Below, piece after piece: positions 16,078 to 25,652 of a stretch of DNA of 39,698 nucleotides; position 1 is the first letter of the stretch, and every line of letters begins with the position of its first letter. Below the pieces are notes generated by a model that was given only the letters and a program-made list of their open reading frames with translations, did not search any database and had not been told where the DNA came from. The translations under genes and the position numbers were made by a program. This stretch comes from Myxococcales bacterium (lineage in GTDB: Bacteria > Myxococcota_A > UBA9042), in NCBI GenBank assembly GCA_037441385.1, contig JBBISH010000057.1:1-39698 (forward strand), given 5' to 3'.

Positions 16078-19000
16078 TCAGGGCGCGACCGGGGCGTAGA
16101 CTTCGCGGCCCACGGCGCCAGCCACCACGTCATCTACCTCGAAACGCAGCGGCCAGGCCTGGTTGCCCAACCACAGGCGCACTTGGTCGTCAAAGAACGG
16201 ACTGTCGGTCAGGCCCGACTGGCCGCCAGGGATGACGTTGACGCCCGTTGTCTTGTCTTTGCCCATCGCGATGACCATGCGGAACACCGGGCCCGAGCCG
16301 TAGCCATCCGAGTTCATGCCGCCGGCCGCGTCCACGGCAAACGCATCGCCGCCCCTGGGGAATTGCGTCAACGCGCTGCGCGGGTCGCTGGCGGGCAGGT
16401 TGGGCATCAGCGGGATCTTCTGCGGCGAAATGGAGAACATCTTGGTGAGCGCGGCGTAGTTGCTGCTGCCGTCGAAGAAGCTGGACAGGATCGAATCGAA
16501 GTGGACGCCGTGCTTCATGCCCCAGATCCACTTGGTGAAATCGCTGCTTCCGTAGCGCGTGCTGCCGTCGGTCAGGCCTTTCTGCAGCGCAAGCAGGGCG
16601 ATCTCGTCGCTGCGTTCGATGGCCGGCGTGTCCAAAATGTCCCAAAATGCCGACTCTTGCGTGGCCGGATTCCAAGACACCTGCTTCTTGGGGTTGTCCG
16701 CGCCGCGCCCGTCGCGCATCCACGACAGCGCCCGTGTGCGCGCATCGGCGCCCCAGGGCTCCCAAACGTCGATGCCCTCGTCGTCGACCGCCAAGTTGAC
16801 CATGCGGCTGATCCACACGTTGAAAATCGCTGTGGCAATCGCATGTTCCGTCTCGCCCGCCGCGGGCTCGTGGTAGAAGGTCTGCACGCCCGACAGCGCC
16901 GGCGCCCCGGCTTTGTGCCACGCCGTCAGGCGCGCCATCACATCGTCGCGCACGGTGGGCGTGATGCCGTTGTACAGGTCGACCAGACGCTGTTCGTCGG
17001 GTGTCAGCATCTTGTCGGAATTGTTCAACTTGGCAGCGTGGTCCAGCGCGGATTGCAGGAACGGCACCCACTCTTGGCCCAGGCGACTCTGGTTGTTGGC
17101 TTGCACCTTGGCCATGCGCTCCACGTCTGCCTTTTGGTCGGCGATGGCGGCTTGCAGGCCCTTGGCGATCGTACCGGCGCGGTAGCCGTTGGCCCACGGG
17201 CCGCCGATGTAGTACTTGTCATTCATCAAGTTGTCATCTGTCGAGAGATTGCCGGGGTCGTTGTTGGCCGTGACGATGAAGCCCTGAGGCGGGTCCACGC
17301 TTTGCGGATAGGCGTCAAAAGGCACGACGCACTGAGCCGGGTCCGAGGCCTTGGACTCGTCGACCGCGCCGTCGGCCAGCGTCGGAATGGTGAACCCGGT
17401 GTATTGCGTCCCGTCGATGAGCTGCTTGGGGTTGGCGCCGGCCTTCCACATGCCGTCCGTGTCGCGCGGCAGGTGTGTGCGGCACGGTACCGCTTGGTAA
17501 CCCGTATACAGTACATGCCCTTGCGAGTCAGCCACTGCCAAGTTCTGCGAATAGGCCACCAGTTTGCGGGTATGATCGCGGAACTGCCACACGTCGTCGC
17601 TGTGGCCAAAGCCGTCTAGGGCGGCGAGCAGGGCTGGCTGGTCCAAACCCGTAAAGTCAAACGAGATTGCCGTGACGACGCCGTCGCCGTTGGTGTCCTT
17701 GGGAATGACGAACTTGCCGCTGAGGGCCAGGACCGTCTCGCCCGCGCCTGGGGTGGCCTTGGCCGGGTCCACGCTCGGCCCCTCGATGTCGACGATCCAA
17801 CGGCCGTCGTAAGTCATGTAGCGCGGCCACTTTTCGGTGCGCCCCTTGCTACCCAGCACGGGCACGTCGGCGATGACGTACTCTTCGATCTTGGCAGAAA
17901 CGGGCATGTCGACCAGCGCTCCACCCTTGTTGAATTTAGTGGCCTTGGGTACACCTTTATCATCCAATACTAGCTGATCGGTGTACCAATCCGTGATATC
18001 GCCTACCAATTGCGTCTGCGACCATCCCACTTTGCCGTTGGTGCCGACCGCCATCAGCGGCAGGCCAGGGATCATCATGCCGCGCTGATGCGTAGTTCCG
18101 TTGCCAAATACGCTGTCGTCGATGCCGATCTGATAGAAAAGCGAAGGAACTGAAAGGGGAAGATGCCCGTCACCCGCCACGATGCCGGCGCCGCCCGCGG
18201 TACCCGTGCCGGCCACCGCCCATGCATTGGAGCCAAAACCGTGGGTGCGGTCGTGGCCATTGCGCTTTTGCAGCACCTGGTCGCGCCACTGGGCCCGCTC
18301 GGCCAGCTCGCTCGGCAGCGGCTTGGGCAGGCGCGCTAGCCAGCGGGCGACTTTATCCTTTCCTTCTGGAACCTTGCCCGGCGTGGTCGCGGCGATGGCC
18401 TTGCCCTTGTAGTCCAGGCCCAGGCCAGCCGCCGACGACACCGGGTCGATCGGCGCGACGTGGTTTTCCAGATCGGCCAGCGCGCCCGCGGTGCGCAAGT
18501 CTGCCAGCGCCTTGTCTTTGTAGTGGCCGGGAATCTGCGCCAAGTGGGCGGTGCGCCCCACGTCGTCCGTCTCGTAACCCAGGTTGTAGATCATCGCCGC
18601 CGCCGCGCCGGCCACACTTCGCCGATCCCACGGCTTCATCAGGGTCTTGGCGGTGCCACCCAGCAGGCCCTTGGCGACCTTGATCTCAGACGGCTCGGGC
18701 GCCTTGCCCGCCACCACGTCGTCGATGTAGGCGTTGATGCCCTGGGCAAACGCGTCGAACACCACCTTCTGCTCGTCGGTCAGGCGCACCAGCACGGCCT
18801 CGGCCACGTTGCTGCTGCCCGACATCCGCGCCTGAATGTCTTGGCCCAGCGCGGCGTCGCCCAGCAGGCCGCTGATTTCGCCCAGGCCCAGGCGCCGCGT
18901 CAGCTCCATCTGGAAGTAACGATCGCGGGCCATCGTATAACCAAGCACAAGCACAGAATCTTTGCGGTTGGCGGCATAGACGTGCGCCACGTTGCCTTCG

Positions 19001-19302
19001 GTCCGCACCACCTGGACGGGCCCGCTGAGGCCGGGCAGGGCGAAATCGGCAGTCTTGGCCACGCCCAAGATGGCTTGCTGCTTGGGTGTCCACGCCGCGG
19101 CCGTGGTGTCGGCGCTCGCGTCGGCCGCGGGGCCCGAGTCACCCGTTTGGGAATCTGTTCCGGGCGTGTCGCTGACCTTCGCGTCGGCCGCGCTCGTCGG
19201 TGCCGGATCGCTGCCACAGGCTGCAAGGGCCGCGGCGCAGGTCAACGCGGCAAATCGCGAAGCAAAACCATGAATCTGAACGGTTCCGAAGTGGACGGGC
19301 AT
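16078..19302 (-). CDS. Penicillin acylase family (peptidase S45) Ntn-hydrolase lipoprotein
   Basis: Lipobox LAAC, GYTMARDRYFQM, catalytic GSNAWAV, GDGHL, TANND and PGGQSG. GGGAGG RBS. Confidence 0.9.
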   Translation of the reverse strand: MPVHFGTVQIHGFASRFAALTCAAALAACGSDPAPTSAADAKVSDTPGTDSQTGDSGPAADASADTTAAAWTPKQQAILGVAKTADFALPGLSGPVQVVRTEGNVAHVYAANRKDSVLVLGYTMARDRYFQMELTRRLGLGEISGLLGDAALGQDIQARMSGSSNVAEAVLVRLTDEQKVVFDAFAQGINAYIDDVVAGKAPEPSEIKVAKGLLGGTAKTLMKPWDRRSVAGAAAAMIYNLGYETDDVGRTAHLAQIPGHYKDKALADLRTAGALADLENHVAPIDPVSSAAGLGLDYKGKAIAATTPGKVPEGKDKVARWLARLPKPLPSELAERAQWRDQVLQKRNGHDRTHGFGSNAWAVAGTGTAGGAGIVAGDGHLPLSVPSLFYQIGIDDSVFGNGTTHQRGMMIPGLPLMAVGTNGKVGWSQTQLVGDITDWYTDQLVLDDKGVPKATKFNKGGALVDMPVSAKIEEYVIADVPVLGSKGRTEKWPRYMTYDGRWIVDIEGPSVDPAKATPGAGETVLALSGKFVIPKDTNGDGVVTAISFDFTGLDQPALLAALDGFGHSDDVWQFRDHTRKLVAYSQNLAVADSQGHVLYTGYQAVPCRTHLPRDTDGMWKAGANPKQLIDGTQYTGFTIPTLADGAVDESKASDPAQCVVPFDAYPQSVDPPQGFIVTANNDPGNLSTDDNLMNDKYYIGGPWANGYRAGTIAKGLQAAIADQKADVERMAKVQANNQSRLGQEWVPFLQSALDHAAKLNNSDKMLTPDEQRLVDLYNGITPTVRDDVMARLTAWHKAGAPALSGVQTFYHEPAAGETEHAIATAIFNVWISRMVNLAVDDEGIDVWEPWGADARTRALSWMRDGRGADNPKKQVSWNPATQESAFWDILDTPAIERSDEIALLALQKGLTDGSTRYGSSDFTKWIWGMKHGVHFDSILSSFFDGSSNYAALTKMFSISPQKIPLMPNLPASDPRSALTQFPRGGDAFAVDAAGGMNSDGYGSGPVFRMVIAMGKDKTTGVNVIPGGQSGLTDSPFFDDQVRLWLGNQAWPLRFEVDDVVAGAVGREVYAPVAP

Positions 19303-19439
19303 GGCGGCCTCCCAGCGTGATGCAGTGCGCGGTTGTAGCAGAAGCCCACCGGCCGGCATAGCCCGCAGCGACGGCTTGGGGCATAGACCGAACCCGGCAA
19401 TTCGCCTACGCTTGGCTGCAGACCGTCACAGAGAGCGCG

Positions 19440-20975
19440 ATGGCCGGCGAAGAACTGCTGATTTCCGAGCGTGAACGTCAGTTTGCCGAGCGGCGCCGTC
19501 TGGCGGGTCTGGTGTTGGCGCCGCTTTTGCTCTTTGGCACGCTGGCCTTGCATCCCGCGAACATGGCGCCGCAGGCGGCCGCGCTCCTGGCGATCGTGGC
19601 GATGACCTTGGCGATGTGGCTGACTCAGGCGCTGCCCGTGGCGGTGACGGCGCTGGTGGGCCCTGCGTTGGTGGTGGCACTGGGCGTGGCGCCGGCGGCC
19701 GAGGTGTTCGCGGCCTTTGGTCAGCCGATTTTGTTTGTGTTTCTGGGCGCGCGTTGGCTGGCGGCCGCGGCCGAGCGCACCCGTCTGGACCGGATGGTGG
19801 CGGCGCGGTTGTTTGCCAACGAGCGCCAGTCGCCGGAAAGGACGCTGTGGCGCACGGCGTTGGCCACTTCGCTGTTGTCTAGTCTGTTTTCCAGCACCTC
19901 TAGCACCGCCATGATGGTGCCGGTGGTGCGGACGGCCGTGATGCGGCTGGGACCGCCCGCCCAGGCCGTGGGCCTGCTCAATGCCGCGTTTGCCGCGTCG
20001 CTGGGCGGGATTCTGATCCCCATCGCCAACCCAGCCAACCTGATCGCCCTGGCCAGCTTGGGACAGTTTGGCCACCGGCCGCTGCCGTTCTTCTACTGGA
20101 CGCTGCTCGCGGCCCCGGTGGCGGCGGTGCTGCTGACGGTGTGGCTGGCGCAGGTGGCCTGGGTGATCGGCCGCGAGCGCAGGATGTCGCGCCTGATTGC
20201 TGTGCCCGAGCCCGGGGTTGCGCCCTTGGCCATCGACGCGCTGCATGTCCAGCCCGGTCGCGGTCCGTTGGGACTTGGGCGCGGTCCATGGGCAGTGGTG
20301 GGCGTCTTGGGCCTGGCGTTTGCGGGCTGGATGGCGCCTGGCCTCATCGACGTGACCATCGACGAGCCCCGGCCGGCCCTGGCGGAGTGGTGCCGCATGT
20401 TGCCCGAAGGTGTGGTGGCAATCCTGGCCTCGGCGCTGCTTTTTGTCGTTCCGGCGACTCCGCGGCTGGTGGCCGGCAAGCAGCACAGGCGGCCCGTGCT
20501 GCAGTGGAGCGAGGCCGCACAAGTCGAGTGGGGCACGATGCTTTTGCTGGGCAGTGGCCTGGCCCTGGGCGATCAGGTGTGGAAGACGGGGCTGGCGTCG
20601 TGGATGGGCGACTTGCTGGTCCACGTGACCCACGTGCGCGGCGAGACCGACTTGACGGTCCTGCTGTCCGCGGCGGCGCTGGTGATGAGCGAGCTTGGCA
20701 GCAGCATCGCCACGGCGGCGATTCTTTGCCCGTTGGGGGTGATGGCCGCGCAGCAGTTGGGGATTTCGCCGGTGGCGCCGGTGGCTGCAGCGGGGGTGAT
20801 GGCCTCGCTCAGCTTTCTGTCGCCCTTGGCTAGCCCGCCCAACGCGATCGCCTATGCCAGCGGTTGTGTACCCTTGTCGGCGATGGTGCAGCGGGGATTG
20901 CCCTTGACCATTGCGGCTTTGCTCGCTACGCCGCCGCTTGTGCTGGTAGTGGTGGACTGGTTCGCCATGCGCTGA
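19440..20975 (+). CDS. SLC13/DASS-family anion transporter
   Basis: WLTQALPVAVTAL, LFVFLGA, AASLGG..IPIANPAN, VEWGTMLLLGSGLALG and PLASPPNAIAY. Confidence 0.85.
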   Translation: MAGEELLISERERQFAERRRLAGLVLAPLLLFGTLALHPANMAPQAAALLAIVAMTLAMWLTQALPVAVTALVGPALVVALGVAPAAEVFAAFGQPILFVFLGARWLAAAAERTRLDRMVAARLFANERQSPERTLWRTALATSLLSSLFSSTSSTAMMVPVVRTAVMRLGPPAQAVGLLNAAFAASLGGILIPIANPANLIALASLGQFGHRPLPFFYWTLLAAPVAAVLLTVWLAQVAWVIGRERRMSRLIAVPEPGVAPLAIDALHVQPGRGPLGLGRGPWAVVGVLGLAFAGWMAPGLIDVTIDEPRPALAEWCRMLPEGVVAILASALLFVVPATPRLVAGKQHRRPVLQWSEAAQVEWGTMLLLGSGLALGDQVWKTGLASWMGDLLVHVTHVRGETDLTVLLSAAALVMSELGSSIATAAILCPLGVMAAQQLGISPVAPVAAAGVMASLSFLSPLASPPNAIAYASGCVPLSAMVQRGLPLTIAALLATPPLVLVVVDWFAMR

Positions 20976-21010
20976 AGGCCCGCCCCTGGTCTTGCCTTCG
21001 CGCGCCGACT

Positions 21011-21319
21011 TCAGTCCATCTCGACGCGAATTCGGCTCGCGACGATCGCCCCGGCCCACAAGCCGACCAACCCGCCCACCGGGCCAAAGGCGAACCAGCC
21101 GACGCATACGCCCAACATGGCGCCGGCCAGCGAGCGTTCTTCGACGAGGTCGAGTTGGCGGCGTTCGCGGCGGGTGGCCTGCGACCGCGCATGGGCGCGG
21201 CTGTAGCGGGCTTCCAGGTCGATGCCGCCGGGCAGGGGCAAGTCGGAGGAACGGGAAGAAGTGCTGGTGATGCCGAACGAATCCTGGCGCGCGTTGCGAG
21301 TGGTCAAAGGGGTGTGCAT
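21011..21319 (-). CDS. Small hypothetical membrane protein with C-terminal glycine-zipper-like hairpin
   Basis: 102 aa from ATG 21319 with GGAG RBS. Hydrophobic end LAGAMLGVCVGWFAFGPVGGLVGLWAGAIVA. Confidence 0.6.
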   Translation of the reverse strand: MHTPLTTRNARQDSFGITSTSSRSSDLPLPGGIDLEARYSRAHARSQATRRERRQLDLVEERSLAGAMLGVCVGWFAFGPVGGLVGLWAGAIVASRIRVEMD

Positions 21320-21356
21320 CTCGGCTCCGATGGGGCGCTGCGTGGCCCACATCTGC

Positions 21357-21384
21357 ATACTAAACATTTGTTCAGTACGTGCAA
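21357..21384 (-). promoter_or_regulatory. sigma70-like promoter for the 21011-21319 gene
   Basis: Minus strand reads TTGCAC-N16-TAGTAT. The LexA-like box covers the spacer and -10. Confidence 0.5.
21358..21377. promoter_or_regulatory. Myxococcus-type LexA (SOS) box
   Basis: TACTAAACATTTGTTCAGTA is a near-palindrome. Its core CTAAACATTTGTTCAG fits the M. xanthus consensus CTRHAMRYBYGTTCAGS (as recalled) at the first 16 positions. Confidence 0.7.
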
Positions 21385-21468
21385 GTTTTCTTGCACGCTG
21401 CCCTGGAAATCCGCGGCGGTAAAGGTGATTATCGCGCGGCGGCGGGCAGCTCGCCGGCAGAGGACACG

Positions 21469-22605
21469 ATGCACAAGACGATGTTTTGGGCCGCGGTGGT
21501 CGGCAGTGCGACCGCGATGGCCACGTTGACTGCGGGATGTGGCAGCGACGCCACCACCGCTGCGGCCGCCGACGCCGCGGTCAGTGACTCCAAGGTGGCC
21601 GACAGCACCAGCAAAGACGGTGTGGCGACCGACACTGTCGCGGGCGACGTGGCCAAGGCCGACAGCAAGACCGACACGTTTACCCCAAGCTGCGCCCAAG
21701 CGGCCGGCGCCTGGGCGGTTACCGGCACTTGCAGCAATGGCGCCAGCTCGATCCCCTTTGCTTGCATGAAGGCCAAGGGCTGCACCCTGACGTGGGAGGC
21801 CGACTTTCGCGAGTGGACCGGCACACTTGCGGGCGCCGACTACCACCTGACCAACGCCGCCGGCAGCGAGAACATCGATGGCCACTTCAAAAGCGCCGAC
21901 ATGGGCAGCTACACGTTTTCGACCAAGGGCTTGACGTGCGACGCCACCATGGACCGGTTCAGCTCGGATCTGAGCGACCAGCTTTGCTGCGACGTGGTCG
22001 CGCAAGATTGCCAAGGGGCAGGCAAGGTGTGCGTGCCCATGCTCGACACCGGCAGCGGCGCCGAGATCGTCACCACGGGCTGCCTGGATGTCGCTGGCGA
22101 CGCCACCACCACGGCGGGCGCCACCTGCAATGGCAACGGCTTGCCCTTGACCTGCGGCAAGGGGCTGCTCTGCGTCAAGCCCACCGGGGCCGGCGGCAGC
22201 GGGCAGGGCGCCTGCGCCAAACTCTGCGCCAATGCAGGGGATTGCGGCACGTCGCAAAGCTGTGTCATCGCCAGCGGCGCGCCCAAGTCGGGGGTCTGCG
22301 AGGCGGGCTGCACGCCGCTCGCGAGCAAGGATGGCTGCGGCGACGGCCAGTTCTGCGGTCCCGCCGCGCTCTCGGACAGCAGCGGTCAGCGCGTCATGGG
22401 CGGTGCGTGCGCCGTGGGCGGCACCGTCAAGGCGGGCGAGAAGTGCAGCGGCAGCGGCCAGTGTCAGGTTGGCGCCATTTGTGCGTCCGGGGCCTGCGCC
22501 GCTCTGTGCGACAACGCTCATCCTTGCCCAACGGGGACTTGCACGGGCTTTGGTCTGACCCTGGCCGGGTCGGCGCCGGCTGGTTTTGGCTACTGCGCGC
22601 CGTGA
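21469..22605 (+). CDS. Cys-rich myxobacterial-type lipoprotein
   Basis: Lipobox TAGC, Asp/Ala/Thr-rich linker and many Cys in repeated C-x-x-G-x-x-C modules. AGAGGA RBS. Confidence 0.8.
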   Translation: MHKTMFWAAVVGSATAMATLTAGCGSDATTAAAADAAVSDSKVADSTSKDGVATDTVAGDVAKADSKTDTFTPSCAQAAGAWAVTGTCSNGASSIPFACMKAKGCTLTWEADFREWTGTLAGADYHLTNAAGSENIDGHFKSADMGSYTFSTKGLTCDATMDRFSSDLSDQLCCDVVAQDCQGAGKVCVPMLDTGSGAEIVTTGCLDVAGDATTTAGATCNGNGLPLTCGKGLLCVKPTGAGGSGQGACAKLCANAGDCGTSQSCVIASGAPKSGVCEAGCTPLASKDGCGDGQFCGPAALSDSSGQRVMGGACAVGGTVKAGEKCSGSGQCQVGAICASGACAALCDNAHPCPTGTCTGFGLTLAGSAPAGFGYCAP

Positions 22606-22653
22606 TCGCGCCAAGATCGTGGCGGTAGAAAGACAGTTGCGCGCCCGCCAAAA

Positions 22654-22680
22654 GGACAGTAACCTGACAGTGAGTGACAG
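22654..22680. promoter_or_regulatory. Tandem (T/G)GACAG direct repeats, OmpR/PhoB-type site
   Basis: GGACAG, TGACAG and TGACAG at 11- and 10-bp spacing. Minus strand reads CTGTCA-CTCA-CTGTCA-GGTTA-CTGTCC. Confidence 0.35.
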
Positions 22681-22761
22681 GAACGTCACTTTGCGATTGC
22701 CTCCGCACCGCGCCGCCCCCCTCCGCGTCGAGTTCGGAATTCGCCGCCTCAGGAGTCTGCC

Positions 22762-23568
22762 TTGCGTACTTTCGCATCTTCCTTTGCGGTTCTTGCCGCG
22801 GCCTTGACCGTTGGCACCCTTGGCTCAAGCGCCGCCCAGGCCGGAGAGGCCGCCGAAGCTTCGGCCACTCCGGGGATTTCTCGCGGCGACGAGACCGAGA
22901 GCTCGGAATGGCTCAACTGGACCGAGGGCAACTTGGCGCGGCGTGCGGGCGTGCCGGGGCGCTGGCAGGGCGAGGTGTCCTTGTCCACCAACTCCGCAAC
23001 GCCAGGAGGTTTTGGCGCCACGCCCGACGCGGTGGTGACCGGCCGCCTTGGCCTGGGCTACGGCCTCTCGGCCGAGCTAGCCGCCAGCCGCAGCGCCAAA
23101 GGGGACTACCGGCCCGGCGTGGGCTTGAAGTGGCAAGCGCTGAGCCGCGGACCCTACAAGCTGGCGATCATGGGCCTGTTTCGCCCCGAAGGCTTCAACG
23201 AGCCAGAGGGAGAGGTCGAGCTACACGTGATCGGCTCGGCCAAGTTCGGCCGCACCGAAGTCAACCTCAACGCGGTGGCCGGCGGCGATCCGGATGGCAA
23301 AGACCGCGATCTGGAAGGCGTCTTGGGTGCCGGCTACCGCTTGACCAAGAGCTTGCTGGTGGGCGCCGAGGGACGCTCGCGGTTTGGCCTGGGCACCAAG
23401 CAAGAGGCCTGGGGCCGCCAAGAGCACGTGGGCGGCGCCGTGGTTCAGTGGGACATCAGTGGCTTTACCATCAGCGGCCTGGCTGGCGGCGGCATGTTCC
23501 AACCCACCGCGGCCTCGGACCTGCAGACCGGCCTGTACGGCCTGGGTCGCATTGGCTACCGGTTCTAA
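22762..23568 (+). CDS. Hypothetical outer-membrane beta-barrel protein
   Basis: TTG start with AGGAG RBS, signal peptide (AAQA-G), amphipathic strands and C-terminal IGYRF. Confidence 0.7.
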   Translation: MRTFASSFAVLAAALTVGTLGSSAAQAGEAAEASATPGISRGDETESSEWLNWTEGNLARRAGVPGRWQGEVSLSTNSATPGGFGATPDAVVTGRLGLGYGLSAELAASRSAKGDYRPGVGLKWQALSRGPYKLAIMGLFRPEGFNEPEGEVELHVIGSAKFGRTEVNLNAVAGGDPDGKDRDLEGVLGAGYRLTKSLLVGAEGRSRFGLGTKQEAWGRQEHVGGAVVQWDISGFTISGLAGGGMFQPTAASDLQTGLYGLGRIGYRF

Positions 23569-23579
23569 ACCCGCTAAAT

Positions 23580-24812
23580 TCAGCCGACTTCTACCCGAAC
23601 CACCTCGACGATCCGCTTGAGGGCCTGCTCCACCGCCCGCGTCTCGGGGTGGCGCACCAGCACAAAGCCATCGCCTTCGTACGACGAGCTGGGCAGGGCC
23701 CCCAGCCGTGGCACCTGAATTTGCGCAATCATCGGCCCCAGCTCGCGCTGCACTTGTTCCAGGCCATACACCGCGCGAATTCGCCCGCGCACCGGGCCGC
23801 CCGCCAAGTTCTGGCCGCGCAGGAAGGCGGCGCCAGCGGCGTACTTGCGCTCGGGTGCGGTGAATTCGCCCGTGCACATGAGCCGCGCCCAGGCATGGAA
23901 CAGGTCAAAGTCGTGAGCCAAGCTGTTCAGGACCACGATCTGCGCTCCCGGTGGCCGCGCGGCGATCTCGCTGACCGCCACTGATCCGTCGGTGCGTCGG
24001 AACCACTCCATGTGGGTCATGCCGGTCGTCTGACCCAGGGCCTTCAGCGTCGCGAAGTTGGCAGCGCGTACATCATCGTAGCCCGTATCGATCTCGCGCG
24101 GCAGCAAGACACACCACTGGATCCACGGGTTGCGCACGACATCCAGTGGGTTTGGCAGGTAACGCGTCAGCGACCACCACATCGGCTTGCCCTCGATGCA
24201 GATCGTTTCAAAGCTGTACTCGTCGCCTTGGACGAACTCTTCGATGATGGCGGGGTGGTGCTGCGAAGGCCGCACCTGCAGCAGTGCGTCGGCCAGTTGG
24301 CGATCGCTGTCGGCGCGGAACGTGGCCTTGCTGCCCGCGCCGGCCAGGGGCTTGAGCACGACTGGATAGCCAATTTTTCCAGCAAAATTCCACGCATCCG
24401 AGCTTGACTGCACTTCGCTGTGGCGCGCACACGGCACCTTGGCCTTGCGCAGGCAGTCCTTCATGCGCGCCTTGTCGCGGAAATTCTTGGCCGCCTCGGA
24501 CGGAAGACCAGGGATGTTCAGCTGTTCACGGGCCTCGGCCAGCTGCACTTGGATGTGCTCCAGCGCGCCAAAGAGCTTGTCGACTTTGCCGTGCTTTTGC
24601 GCCAAGGCCTGCACGCCGCGCACGACGTGGCGGGTATCCAGGGCATCGTCGATCTGGCAGAACCCACCGAGCTTGCTGCGCAAATCCTCGGGCAGCTTGT
24701 AGACCGGCTCCTGAGTCAGCAGCGAACATGACACACCGGGTTGGTTGGCCACCGCTCGCACAAACCGCAGCGTGATGTCCATGAAGAAGGGCGCACAAAA
24801 AACGACGTGCAT
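23580..24812 (-). CDS. ATP-grasp ligase (LAL/carboxylate-amine ligase-like)
   Basis: FRDKARMK, GYPVVLKPLAGAGS, IIEEFVQG, HMEWF and EIAARPPG. Confidence 0.85.
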   Translation of the reverse strand: MHVVFCAPFFMDITLRFVRAVANQPGVSCSLLTQEPVYKLPEDLRSKLGGFCQIDDALDTRHVVRGVQALAQKHGKVDKLFGALEHIQVQLAEAREQLNIPGLPSEAAKNFRDKARMKDCLRKAKVPCARHSEVQSSSDAWNFAGKIGYPVVLKPLAGAGSKATFRADSDRQLADALLQVRPSQHHPAIIEEFVQGDEYSFETICIEGKPMWWSLTRYLPNPLDVVRNPWIQWCVLLPREIDTGYDDVRAANFATLKALGQTTGMTHMEWFRRTDGSVAVSEIAARPPGAQIVVLNSLAHDFDLFHAWARLMCTGEFTAPERKYAAGAAFLRGQNLAGGPVRGRIRAVYGLEQVQRELGPMIAQIQVPRLGALPSSSYEGDGFVLVRHPETRAVEQALKRIVEVVRVEVG

Positions 24813-24884
24813 GGAATGCATCCCCTTGCTATTTCGTGATTTCTCTTGCTTCTCGACCGGCACTTGTGCGCGGCCGGCGCTCGG

Positions 24885-25625
24885 CTACTCGGGCCGGGTC
24901 AGCAACTCGTCCACGTACTTGGGCAACATGGCCCGCCAAGTGGCCCAGTCGTGGTGGAACTCCTTGCCCCACATATCCACCCGATTTGGCACGATTTTCT
25001 TGCCAAGCAGCGTCGCGAGCTGCCACGACTCCCACGGCGACTCCCACTTGCCCTCGCCGGTGGCTAGGATCACGAACCGCTTGCGGAGTTGGTCCAGGTG
25101 GGCGCCCTCGCTCATGTAGGCCAAGAAGTGCATGGGCGAAATCAGGTGGAAATCCTGGTTGTGGAAGTTGGGAAAGAACCGGGTCAGGTCAAACGTGCCG
25201 CTCATGCAGATGGCGCCGCGGAAAAGAGCCGGGTAGCTGGCCAAGGCGACCAACGCGTGGTAGGCGCCAATTGACGCGCCCGCGCTGATGAGGGGCAGCT
25301 CGGCGCCGCCGCAGTCTTCGCGCACCTTGGGTACGACTTCCTCGGCCAACGCGGTCAAAAAGCGCCTTTGGATCGCCGCCTTGTCGGCCGGCTTCAGGGC
25401 TGGATCGATCAGCGCTTTGGATTCAGGTGCGTCAAAGGCGTAGACCTTGACCTTGCCCGCTTCCAGCTGTGGCGCCAGGCTGGCGATGAGCCCAAACCGC
25501 TCCTGATCCTCAGCGTCTGTCCCCGAGGTGGGGAACAGCAGCAGCGGCACGCCCACTTCCCCCCAGCGCAGCAGGCGCACGTTGTCGTCTAGACCTGGCG
25601 ACTTCCAAGCAATTTCCGTCTTCAT
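24885..25625 (-). CDS. Putative esterase, alpha/beta hydrolase
   Basis: LLLFPTSG, GASIG nucleophile elbow, MSGTFD and C-terminal D-x-WG...HDWATW. Confidence 0.85.
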   Translation of the reverse strand: MKTEIAWKSPGLDDNVRLLRWGEVGVPLLLFPTSGTDAEDQERFGLIASLAPQLEAGKVKVYAFDAPESKALIDPALKPADKAAIQRRFLTALAEEVVPKVREDCGGAELPLISAGASIGAYHALVALASYPALFRGAICMSGTFDLTRFFPNFHNQDFHLISPMHFLAYMSEGAHLDQLRKRFVILATGEGKWESPWESWQLATLLGKKIVPNRVDMWGKEFHHDWATWRAMLPKYVDELLTRPE

Positions 25626-25652
25626 TGCTCACTCCGCGGCCAAAGACCACAT

